DNA of 64,000 nucleotides from an uncultured Francisellaceae bacterium (GCA_905612315.1 CAJQSL010000020.1:2341-66340), one strand, 5' to 3'; shown: positions 22,645 to 31,348, counted from the first letter of the stretch. Numbers and translations are program-made. The notes: generated from the letters alone by a model not told the origin.

Positions 22645-22759
22645 TAATAACTAAAAATGATATTTGATGCATTGGTAATGTAGATAATAATTATGTGGCT
22701 TTGCAGTTTTCTACAGTGATAAAGCTTGGTTTTGTTTAAGTTGACTATTGGAAGGCTGA

Positions 22760-23941
22760 ATGATTTTAGAAATAGATAATAATAGGTTAAAAAGGGGGAA
22801 GGGTATGGAATATATATTTGCGGATTATTTGATTAAATCTGATAACATAGATGAGGCGTCAATGGCGCTAGTTGTAGGACAGTCTATAGGCAATCCTTAT
22901 AAGCGATCTAATTATGAAACGGCAGAAATATTAAAAAGATACTATGCTACTGTTACTAGCATAGAGCAGAGCGGAGATGCCTATTTAGTAAAAACCAAAT
23001 TTCCTGTTGATTTATTTACTCCTGGCTCCTTTACTCATCTTGTAACGGTGCTTATGGGTGGTCAGATGGACATTGATATTATCAAATCATGTCGCTTGGT
23101 AAGGGTTGATCTTCCTGAGAAGTTTTCACGTTCTTTTCCTGGACCTAAATATGGCATAGAAGGCATTAGGCATCTTATCAAGGCCTATAACCGGCCACTG
23201 ATCGGGGGTATTGTCAAACCCAAGACTGGTCTAAGTTTGAGTGTTCTGTGTGAAATTGTTGAAAAAATGGTTTCAGGAGGAATAGATTTTATTAAAGAAG
23301 ATGAAATTCTTGGTGAAATACAAGGAGCCTGTGTCAAAGAAAGAATTAAGGCTGTGGCAAGTGTTTTAAAGGGTACAAATGTCATATTTGCTCCTGCAAT
23401 TAATGTGCCAATAAATCAGTATCAAGATATTGCTGAAGTACTTAATGCTTATGATAATATTTATGGATATCACTTAAATGTATGGGCTGGACTTGATGCC
23501 TTTCAATATCTATCTGCTCTTGCAAAAAAAGTATCATTCTATCAAAAGTCCGGTGATGGAGTTATTACTAGGGGAAGGTATTCAATATCTTTTGATGTCT
23601 GGTGTAGATTTGCTCGACTTGCTGGTGCAGATATGATTCATGTTGGTATGTTAGGAGGGTATTTGGATGAGCCGCAAGATGTGCTGCAAAGACGAATTGA
23701 TGCATTGCAAAACCCTTTTTATGGCCATAAGGGGACGATTCCTAGTTTTAGTTGTGGGGCCACTCCAGAGCATGTTCCTATGCTTCAAAAAATATTTGGA
23801 AATGATATTATGATTTCAGCTGGAGGATCTATCCATTCTCATAAAGATGGTAGTCTGGCGGGGGTTAGAGAGTTTCGTCAAATGGCTGATGCATGTGCAA
23901 CGACCATGTCTGAAAAAGGGTTAGAGCATGCAGAAGTATAA
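22760..23941 (+). CDS. RuBisCO-like protein (form IV RuBisCO large-subunit homologue)
   Basis: Motifs GGIVKPKTGLS and GGIDFIKEDE. LAGADMIHVGMLGGYLD and SAGGSIHSHKDG align to the RuBisCO active-site segments. An alternative start ATG at 22805 follows AAAGGGGGAAGGG. Confidence 0.85.
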   Translation: MILEIDNNRLKRGKGMEYIFADYLIKSDNIDEASMALVVGQSIGNPYKRSNYETAEILKRYYATVTSIEQSGDAYLVKTKFPVDLFTPGSFTHLVTVLMGGQMDIDIIKSCRLVRVDLPEKFSRSFPGPKYGIEGIRHLIKAYNRPLIGGIVKPKTGLSLSVLCEIVEKMVSGGIDFIKEDEILGEIQGACVKERIKAVASVLKGTNVIFAPAINVPINQYQDIAEVLNAYDNIYGYHLNVWAGLDAFQYLSALAKKVSFYQKSGDGVITRGRYSISFDVWCRFARLAGADMIHVGMLGGYLDEPQDVLQRRIDALQNPFYGHKGTIPSFSCGATPEHVPMLQKIFGNDIMISAGGSIHSHKDGSLAGVREFRQMADACATTMSEKGLEHAEV

Positions 23942-24254
23942 TATTAATAACTATAAGGAAGGATGGTTTATTGGTTGCTTTGAGCCATCTATTTTTAAAA
24001 CTAAAGATTTTGAAGTCGCTCTTAAAGTTCATCGTAAAGGCGAGCATATAGCTAAGCATCGCCATTTATTAGCAGTTGAAATGAACTTATGTATTTCAGG
24101 TGAGATGCATGTTAATGGTTGTGATATAAAAAAAGGCGATATTTTTGTGTTTGATAAAGGGGAAGCATGTGATGTTAATGTGATATCCGATGAGGTTCAA
24201 GTTATATGTGTTAAGTCACCATCAATTCCATCGGATAAAGAAATATGCGAATAG
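23928..24254 (+). CDS. Metal-binding cupin-domain protein
   Basis: 108 aa. Exact cupin motif 1, G-X5-H-X-H-X4-E-X6-G, in KGEHIAKHRHLLAVEMNLCISG. The start overlaps the RLP stop by 14 nt. Confidence 0.7.
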   Translation: MQKYNINNYKEGWFIGCFEPSIFKTKDFEVALKVHRKGEHIAKHRHLLAVEMNLCISGEMHVNGCDIKKGDIFVFDKGEACDVNVISDEVQVICVKSPSIPSDKEICE

Positions 24255-24982
24255 TAGTAATGCCTATGGCTGGATCTGGAAGTCGTTTTAGTAATCTCCA
24301 TCCAGACAAAAAATTAATGCCTATACCTCCTAATAATGATCCTATGTTTATCCATGCTATAAAGAATATTGGATTTGAATTTGATAAGATAGTTTTGTTG
24401 CCACAAAAAGCGAATCAAATAAATTCTGTATTGAATGACTTTAAGGAAATAAAAAAAAAATCAGTAGTTATTGAAACTAACAAGCTTACCAGGGGGCCGC
24501 TTGATACAGTTATGTATGCAAGGCAGTTTTTAGAAGAAAATCCACATGCACAGTTGCTTATTTGTAATTGTGATCAGGTTTTATCCTGGCCGGGTGATTG
24601 GGCACTGGAGTGGTTTCGAGATAGAAATGCTGTGGGAGGCATTCCTACTGTAGAAAGATATAGTGAAAGACACTCTTATGCAAAAATAGACGAAAATTAT
24701 GCATGTAAAATTATTGCGGTAAAAGAAAAGCAGAAGATATCAAATCGAGCCACTATTGGCTTATACTGGTTTCAAACTACATTCGGTTTTTTAAAAGCGG
24801 CAGATACTGTTTTTGATAAAAGAGATACGGCCCCCAATGGAGAGTATTATGTTTCGCATGTCTATAATTATTTGAAAGGACTGATTCTTGAGTATCCTTT
24901 GTGTGAGTTTTGGTCATTAGGAGAGCCGGAAAATTATCTAAATTATATTTCGAAAAATTATATGATAGGAATGGAGGGGTAG
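24245..24982 (+). CDS. Nucleotidyltransferase (sugar/alcohol-phosphate nucleotidylyltransferase fold)
   Basis: 245 aa. N-terminal MRIVVMPMAGSGSRF (the GxGxR signature of NTP-transferases). The start overlaps the cupin stop. Confidence 0.65.
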   Translation: MRIVVMPMAGSGSRFSNLHPDKKLMPIPPNNDPMFIHAIKNIGFEFDKIVLLPQKANQINSVLNDFKEIKKKSVVIETNKLTRGPLDTVMYARQFLEENPHAQLLICNCDQVLSWPGDWALEWFRDRNAVGGIPTVERYSERHSYAKIDENYACKIIAVKEKQKISNRATIGLYWFQTTFGFLKAADTVFDKRDTAPNGEYYVSHVYNYLKGLILEYPLCEFWSLGEPENYLNYISKNYMIGMEG

Positions 24983-27118
24983 TTGATAATGAAGTCTAGT
25001 TTTAAATCAAAGTCTATGCAGTTTTTTTTGCTTTCATTTGTGGTTTTACTGTTTAATGTTGTAATTTATAGCCCATCATTACGCTTTGATGTTACTAATG
25101 AAATGCCTTGGAGGCAAACAGATTCTCAGGCGGAGATTACCGCTTACGCTAAAAATACTACTAGGTTTTACTTGCCAACTGTTAATGCCTCGCTTAAAGA
25201 ATGGGGTCCGGGAGTTATAGAAATTGTTTTTCCTATTTATCAATTTGTTACTGGTAAAATGGTTCCACTTCTAACACCTTTAATAAAAAACAATTTGCAT
25301 TCAGATGTTAAAGGGCCAATTAAGCTTCCTTATGGTATGCATTTTAAAAAATATACTGAAAGTAAGATATTAAAAGGTGATAAAGTTATATATACCCTTA
25401 AGTTTACTCTAGCTCCATCATGGGAATATAAGCTTGCCACTTTGTTTCATAATAATATATCTCAATATTTGCATTTATATTTGGTTTCTAATAAAACCAG
25501 CATGGATAAAAAATGCATTTCATTGGAAGTTAATGGCAATGCTAGCGCAGATACGCCAAGAGAATATTGTTATTCTAATAATGTTATACCTGTTACTTAT
25601 ATTCCTATCTTGCCTGGAGAGAATACTTTTAAGTTTATTTTTAGTAAGAGTATGGCCCCAGGGAATTTAGAGTCGGCAATTAGTTTGTTCCCAACTTCTA
25701 AATACGCAAGTCCCATGTTATTTGTCGGGCGTTTGCTTAATATGTTTGCAGTTGTAGCTATTTCATTAATAATAGCTGTTACGTTTTTCCCTTCGTTAAA
25801 GTATAGATATGCATGTGCCATAGCAATTTCAGCTATACCTGCATTTGGATTTTTTGAAACCTTTATTCATGAAGAAATACAAGCATTTTTATTTGTGTCT
25901 ATTTTTCTTTGGGTTGTTTTTAAAAAGAACTTGAGTCTGAGGTGGTTAGTCTTTGCATCTGTATCTCTTTCAATAGCGGTAGCAATAAGGCCTTACTATA
26001 TTTTGTATAGTTTGATGCTTATTGCATTTATGTTTCGTCAGGATGGTTTTAATATGCTGAAAAAAGCTTCATATTATTTGGCGGGCATATTAATAATAAC
26101 CCCTGCTATATTATGGTATTCCTGGACACAGCACCTTGTTAGGAATGGCGCGGATACTATTGGTATTTTTTCAGGGCGTGTATTTTTGAGTTCTTTGCTT
26201 GATTCTGCGAAGTGGCATGCCTTTTTGGGATTTTTCACGAAGTTCCATTTCGGATTGCCAGTATTCTTTCTTTTTATAATTACAATAGTTGTTTATTTAT
26301 GCTTGCGCTTTAGTAAGAAAATAACATCAAATTTTAATTTTGATGTTTTTCTCGGAGTTGGCTTTATAATTAGTTTAATTTCTCTGCCTTTGATTTTTGA
26401 TTCAGCGTCAATACATAATTATTATTCATTTCCTATTACATCTTATTTTTCAATTGCTTCTATTATATGTTTTTATGAAATATATAAAAATATAGATAAA
26501 AAGCCATACTTGAATAAAAAAAATGAACTATTAAGATTTTCATTTAAAAATATTTTATTTCTTTCTTTTTTCTCTGTGATTATAGTGTCTGGAGTAGCTC
26601 ATACCTATGTTAGATTTTACAAAAATGAGAGAACAGTTTACGACCCGTTGGATTATGTATTATTGGGGGGAGTACCTGGAGAGATATTTTCAAGTAGTGA
26701 TAAAATTGTTTTATTAGGATCAGGTGGGCCGCAAGATTATGGCATGACTAATCGTAATGGAAGAAGAGATGCTGGATTTTATTCTGGATATCACTTCCAA
26801 TCTGTTTCAGAGATTAAAGAGGTGTTAAAAAATGAAAGAAAATATTCAGTAGATACATTAACAACATTTAATAATGATATTCAGCAATTCAAAATTAAAG
26901 ATGAGGATATGAAAAGTTTAACATATTATCTAAACACTTATTATGGACCCATTTCATCATATGCTGGCATTGGTAGTTGTAAGGCAGCTTTGCATAGAAC
27001 TAAAACTTGGGATTTATATACAAAGTTTATATACGAGCTGGCAAAAAATACAAAGGGAAGTGTTGTGTATAAGTATCTAGTAAGCACCCCTTGTTTATTT
27101 ATAAAGTTTCCAAAGTAA
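24983..27118 (+). CDS. Polytopic GT-C-type glycosyltransferase-like membrane protein (copy 1)
   Basis: 711 aa. N-terminal TM, a large hydrophilic insert, about 10 further TMs and a soluble C-terminal domain. Its position next to GT2 + GtrA fits a three-component (GtrABC/ArnCT-like) periplasmic glycosylation system. The real start may be the ATG at 24989. Confidence 0.55.
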   Translation: MIMKSSFKSKSMQFFLLSFVVLLFNVVIYSPSLRFDVTNEMPWRQTDSQAEITAYAKNTTRFYLPTVNASLKEWGPGVIEIVFPIYQFVTGKMVPLLTPLIKNNLHSDVKGPIKLPYGMHFKKYTESKILKGDKVIYTLKFTLAPSWEYKLATLFHNNISQYLHLYLVSNKTSMDKKCISLEVNGNASADTPREYCYSNNVIPVTYIPILPGENTFKFIFSKSMAPGNLESAISLFPTSKYASPMLFVGRLLNMFAVVAISLIIAVTFFPSLKYRYACAIAISAIPAFGFFETFIHEEIQAFLFVSIFLWVVFKKNLSLRWLVFASVSLSIAVAIRPYYILYSLMLIAFMFRQDGFNMLKKASYYLAGILIITPAILWYSWTQHLVRNGADTIGIFSGRVFLSSLLDSAKWHAFLGFFTKFHFGLPVFFLFIITIVVYLCLRFSKKITSNFNFDVFLGVGFIISLISLPLIFDSASIHNYYSFPITSYFSIASIICFYEIYKNIDKKPYLNKKNELLRFSFKNILFLSFFSVIIVSGVAHTYVRFYKNERTVYDPLDYVLLGGVPGEIFSSSDKIVLLGSGGPQDYGMTNRNGRRDAGFYSGYHFQSVSEIKEVLKNERKYSVDTLTTFNNDIQQFKIKDEDMKSLTYYLNTYYGPISSYAGIGSCKAALHRTKTWDLYTKFIYELAKNTKGSVVYKYLVSTPCLFIKFPK

Positions 27119-27142
27119 CAAATTGTTTTTATGGTTTAAATT

Positions 27143-28000
27143 ATGAAAGATATAGGTGTAGATAGTCTGCTTTCTTGTGAAGTTGCCAAAGCCTGTGATG
27201 ACTACTTGTCTTTACTAAATGTTTCTATAGATACTATAAATATTAAAAGTCTTGATAAAGATTCTTTAATAAAGAATTATTCGTTAATTAGCAAAAAAGA
27301 GCTGACTCTTATATCAGTTTTTTATAACGAGCAGTCTAATGTCATGCCTTTTTATTTAGAATGCAGGCGACTAAATAGAATTTTTAATATTAAAAACTTT
27401 ATTTTTGTACAAAATGGATCAACTGATAATACAGAAAAACTATTGGACAAACTAAGTGAGTTGGATTCCCGGGTTAAAATAGTAACTATAGAAAATAATC
27501 AAGGATATGGTTATGGATTTAAACAGGGCCTTGCGGCGAGTAAAACTGACTTAGTATTATTAAATCACTCAGATTGCCAATTCGATGCGTATGCTTATTT
27601 TACTCAGCACTTTCCTTTAGTTATGAGTTTTGATCCAGAGGTTGATTTGCTTATTCCTGTAAGAAGGGGGCGTACATTTTATCCAAAGATTCGTAGCATT
27701 GCCCTTAGGTGTCTAGCTTCTATAATACTCAGGCAGGCTGTTGTAGAATTTAATGGCCAACCAAAAATATTTTTGAAAAGCAAAATTAAAAATCTAGATT
27801 TATTGCCAAATGACTTTTGTTTTGATGCTGCCGTAATTCATCAGCTTTTAAAGCAGTATAAACGTAGGTTCTTTCTTGATTCTGTTGAATTGCCAAGGTT
27901 TGATGGTGTTTCTTCATGGTCCAGGCTGCTGTCAGGTCAAGTTAAGTTAACTTGGAGTTATATTTTTGGCATTTTAAAGCTTAAAAGATGTAGGTTTTAG
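27143..28000 (+). CDS. GT2-family glycosyltransferase, polyprenyl-phosphate sugar synthase-like (copy 1)
   Basis: 285 aa. Contains LTLISVFYNEQSNV ... FVQNGSTDNT ... NQGYGYGFKQGL ... LLNHSDCQFD (GT-A fold with a DxD-like motif). Confidence 0.7.
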   Translation: MKDIGVDSLLSCEVAKACDDYLSLLNVSIDTINIKSLDKDSLIKNYSLISKKELTLISVFYNEQSNVMPFYLECRRLNRIFNIKNFIFVQNGSTDNTEKLLDKLSELDSRVKIVTIENNQGYGYGFKQGLAASKTDLVLLNHSDCQFDAYAYFTQHFPLVMSFDPEVDLLIPVRRGRTFYPKIRSIALRCLASIILRQAVVEFNGQPKIFLKSKIKNLDLLPNDFCFDAAVIHQLLKQYKRRFFLDSVELPRFDGVSSWSRLLSGQVKLTWSYIFGILKLKRCRF

Positions 28001-28017
28001 TTGAGAGTTTTTTTATT

Positions 28018-28479
28018 ATGATAATTATAGCTCATAGAGGTAATATTAATGGTATAAATAGTACCAATCATAATGTGGCTAAAATTTGGGATGCAATTGA
28101 AGATGGATTTTATGTAGAACTAGATCTTTGGTGTATTAAAAACAATTATTATCTAGGGCATGACAAACCTGAGGTACAAATTCAGCTGACAGATTTTGAT
28201 CACCCTCAAGTTTTTTTTCACCTTAAGAATCTTTTTCTACCAAAGTTAAAATTTGCAGATGCTTTTGCTATTAATAATGATGATTATGTGTTTACGCTGC
28301 GTGATAAATTATGGTGCAATTATAAAGTGGGGTATTCGAATGATTCTATCATATGTGCTCCTGAGCTTGTTGGATCTACCGATAATTTGGATGATTTCAT
28401 AAATGGTCATCGGGGAGCGTTTGGTATATGTACAGATTATGGCATGAAAGTAAGAAATATTCTTAGTAGCCTAGTATGA
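28018..28479 (+). CDS. Short glycerophosphodiester phosphodiesterase (GDPD)-like protein (copy 1)
   Basis: 153 aa. Has IAHRGN, VELDLW and LGHDKP, matching the GDPD catalytic HR..E.D..HD pattern. It is much shorter than a full GDPD barrel. Confidence 0.5.
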   Translation: MIIIAHRGNINGINSTNHNVAKIWDAIEDGFYVELDLWCIKNNYYLGHDKPEVQIQLTDFDHPQVFFHLKNLFLPKLKFADAFAINNDDYVFTLRDKLWCNYKVGYSNDSIICAPELVGSTDNLDDFINGHRGAFGICTDYGMKVRNILSSLV

Positions 28480-28874
28480 TATTATATAAGCAATATAAAT
28501 CTATATTTTTTCAGTTATGTCGTTTTGGAATTGTTGGCGTAAGTGCAGTAATTATAAATTTATTAATTGTGATTTTTATTGTAGAGACATTTGATTGGCC
28601 GCCATTATTGGCAAATATTATTGGATTTATTGTTGCTTGTCAGGTTGCTTTCTTGGGTCATAATTTATGGACTTTTAAAATGGATACCGACGCAAGTAAC
28701 TCTTGGTTGAAGTTTGTGATGGTTGCGACTTTTAGTTTGGGTTTAACTCAATTATTGTTTTTTATTTTACTGCAAGTTTTCGCTTTATATTATGTTTTTG
28801 CTTTAATTCTGACTCAAATGCTAGTTCCTATTGTGACATTTTTATTGAGTAAATACTGGGCTTTTAGGCATTGA
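28476..28874 (+). CDS. GtrA-family small membrane protein (lipid-linked sugar translocation) (copy 1)
   Basis: 132 aa with four TMs. N-terminal FQLCRFGIVGVSAVIINLLI and C-terminal KYWAFR are typical of the GtrA family. Overlaps the preceding stop by 4 nt. Confidence 0.75.
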   Translation: MILYKQYKSIFFQLCRFGIVGVSAVIINLLIVIFIVETFDWPPLLANIIGFIVACQVAFLGHNLWTFKMDTDASNSWLKFVMVATFSLGLTQLLFFILLQVFALYYVFALILTQMLVPIVTFLLSKYWAFRH

Positions 28875-28937
28875 TTTAGGTGCTGGATTTTGCCTTGGGT
28901 TAGTGTTATTGTTTAAATCTTATTTTAGTGAGTGTAG

Positions 28938-29255
<318 letters not shown>

Positions 29256-29354
29256 TATGATCTATGTCTGTTTGTTAAATATATGGGTTACAAAGGCAGT
29301 AAAAAAAAGTAAAACCTATTTTTCATAAGAGTGCTTTAAGTTTTAAAAAATAAT

Positions 29355-31274
29355 GTGGGGGTTATTGTGAATATTATAATGCCAATTAATGGTATTGGTA
29401 GTCGTTTTGTTAATGAGTCATACCTGACCCCTAAGTCACTTATAAAGATTTTGGGAAAGCCGATGATAGTTCGTGTAATTGAGTCTCTTTCCTTAACGCA
29501 AAGTGATTTGATTACTATAATTTATCGCAGTTCATTAGATGAAATGGGTTTTTGCGATTTATTGAAGCATTATTTTGGCGAGTTTAATTTTAATTTCATT
29601 CCCATTTGCCATGATACTAAAGGTGCGGCTGATACTGTTTTGCGGGGAATTGCAAGTTTATCCTTAGGTGCTTTAGATGTTCCACAACTTATTCTCGATT
29701 GTGATACTATTTATCATGGAGACATTATTCATGAGTATAAAAAGTATCAAGATAATAGGATATTTTACTTTCATGATTTAGAAGGTGAACCAATCTATTC
29801 ATATATAGAAGTTGATGAAAATTTTTATGTACGAAATATAGCGGAAAAGAGGAAGATATCACATTATGCTAGTGTGGGTTGCTATGGTTTTAAAAATGGT
29901 TTATTGTTGCGGAAATATTGTGAGAAAGCCATTAGTTCACTAAACAGTGGAAATGAGCGTTACATCTCCGATGTTTATGGGTCAATGCTAAGGGATGGCA
30001 TATCAGTTGGTGCGAGTCAATATGAGAAATTTAGCTGTGTTGGAACACCTCTTCAGTTAAAATATTTTTCATCATTGCCAGATAATAGTGATAGAGTATT
30101 ACGTTTTTGTTTTGATATTGATAATACGCTAGTTACCTATCCTGCGGTTAGAGGAGACTACTCAACTGTACGTCCTATACCTGAAGTAATTTCATTTTTG
30201 AAAATAGTTAAGTCTCTAGGACACTACATAATTCTTTACACCGCTCGCCGAATGAAAACACACAATGGGAATGTTAAAGCTGTTATAGAAGATATAAAGG
30301 AAGTAACTCTTGCAACACTTTCAAAATTCGAGATTCCCTTCGATGAAATTAATTTTGGCAAGCCGTACGCAGATTTTTATATTGATGATTTAGCGATCGA
30401 CCCTAAAAAGTGCCTTGAAAAGCAAACAGGATTTTATGACCTGGATATTATGCCAAGAGACTACCATACATTGAATGTTATCGATGGGTGGTATAAAAAA
30501 TCAGGTAATATTCAAGGTGAATTGTTTTGGTATAATTCAGTTCCCAAACAACTTAGTATATTTTTGCCAGATCATAGGTCAATAAATGACGAAGAGCTAT
30601 TAACGAAAAAAGTTGAGGGGCTATCTTTCACTCACTTATTTATTAACAATGCCCTTAAGTCTGATTACTTGGAGAAGTTGTTAAATGCTCTTGATATAAT
30701 ACATTCATATCCCATTTCTGAAAAACTTGACAACCAAAATCTAATTTATTTGAATTATGCCAAAAAGCTTAAAGAAAGGTTCGATGGCTATTCATATAGT
30801 AGATTTGAAAGGAGTCAAGAGGTCTATGATTTCTTGTTATCATCATTAGTTTCCTATTCTGATCAGAATTTGGGGGTTTTAGGAATAATTCATGGTGATC
30901 CTGTTTTCACCAACTGTTTTCTCACAACCAATGGTAAAATTAAGTTTATTGATCCTCGTGGAGAGTTGGGACATGAAAAGTCAATTTATGGTGATATATT
31001 TTATGATCTGTCAAAAGTATATCAGTCATTGGTTGGTTATGACTTTATAGTGATGGGAAAAGTATTAGATTTTAAAGCTATACAATCTCTAAAGTCTTTT
31101 TTTGAAAATTACGTTGAGGATAGGTGGGGAAGGCATAGGATGTCACACATAAAAATAATTACAGCCGCTAATCTTTTTTCTCTTATTCCTCTTCATAATA
31201 ACGATAAGTGTAAGTTTTATTATGATTTAATAGGTGAGATAAATCTTGATCTATCTAAGGAGGTAATATTTTGA
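29355..31274 (+). CDS. Trifunctional fusion: nucleotidyltransferase - HAD phosphatase - APH/choline-kinase-like kinase
   Basis: 639 aa. N-terminus MPINGIGSRF resembles the 245-aa nucleotidyltransferase. The middle has HAD motifs FCFDIDNTLV, ILYTARR and GKPYADFYIDDLAI. The C-terminus has the kinase Brenner-type motif IIHGDPVFTNCF and FIDPRG. The likely start is the GTG at 29367 or the ATG at 29379. Confidence 0.65.
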   Translation: MGVIVNIIMPINGIGSRFVNESYLTPKSLIKILGKPMIVRVIESLSLTQSDLITIIYRSSLDEMGFCDLLKHYFGEFNFNFIPICHDTKGAADTVLRGIASLSLGALDVPQLILDCDTIYHGDIIHEYKKYQDNRIFYFHDLEGEPIYSYIEVDENFYVRNIAEKRKISHYASVGCYGFKNGLLLRKYCEKAISSLNSGNERYISDVYGSMLRDGISVGASQYEKFSCVGTPLQLKYFSSLPDNSDRVLRFCFDIDNTLVTYPAVRGDYSTVRPIPEVISFLKIVKSLGHYIILYTARRMKTHNGNVKAVIEDIKEVTLATLSKFEIPFDEINFGKPYADFYIDDLAIDPKKCLEKQTGFYDLDIMPRDYHTLNVIDGWYKKSGNIQGELFWYNSVPKQLSIFLPDHRSINDEELLTKKVEGLSFTHLFINNALKSDYLEKLLNALDIIHSYPISEKLDNQNLIYLNYAKKLKERFDGYSYSRFERSQEVYDFLLSSLVSYSDQNLGVLGIIHGDPVFTNCFLTTNGKIKFIDPRGELGHEKSIYGDIFYDLSKVYQSLVGYDFIVMGKVLDFKAIQSLKSFFENYVEDRWGRHRMSHIKIITAANLFSLIPLHNNDKCKFYYDLIGEINLDLSKEVIF

Positions 31275-31348
31275 GTCAAGGACTAGTTTTACATTTGACT
31301 TATTAAGAGTTATGTTGGAAAAATTATATAATAGGAATAGAGGGTTAG

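Noticed and set aside
20603-22759. JUMPStart/ops (GGCGGTAG) RfaH-dependent antitermination element upstream of the polysaccharide genes
   Set aside because: I scanned the intergenic regions 20603-20889, 21599-21801 and 22645-22759 by eye and did not find GGCGGTAG or a close variant.
22760-23941. A bona fide CO2-fixing RuBisCO large subunit
   Set aside because: The loop-6 lysine (K334 equivalent) is replaced by Tyr and R295 is not conserved. No small subunit, cbb or carboxysome genes are nearby. The gene is translationally coupled to glycan genes. It is better explained as a form IV RuBisCO-like protein.
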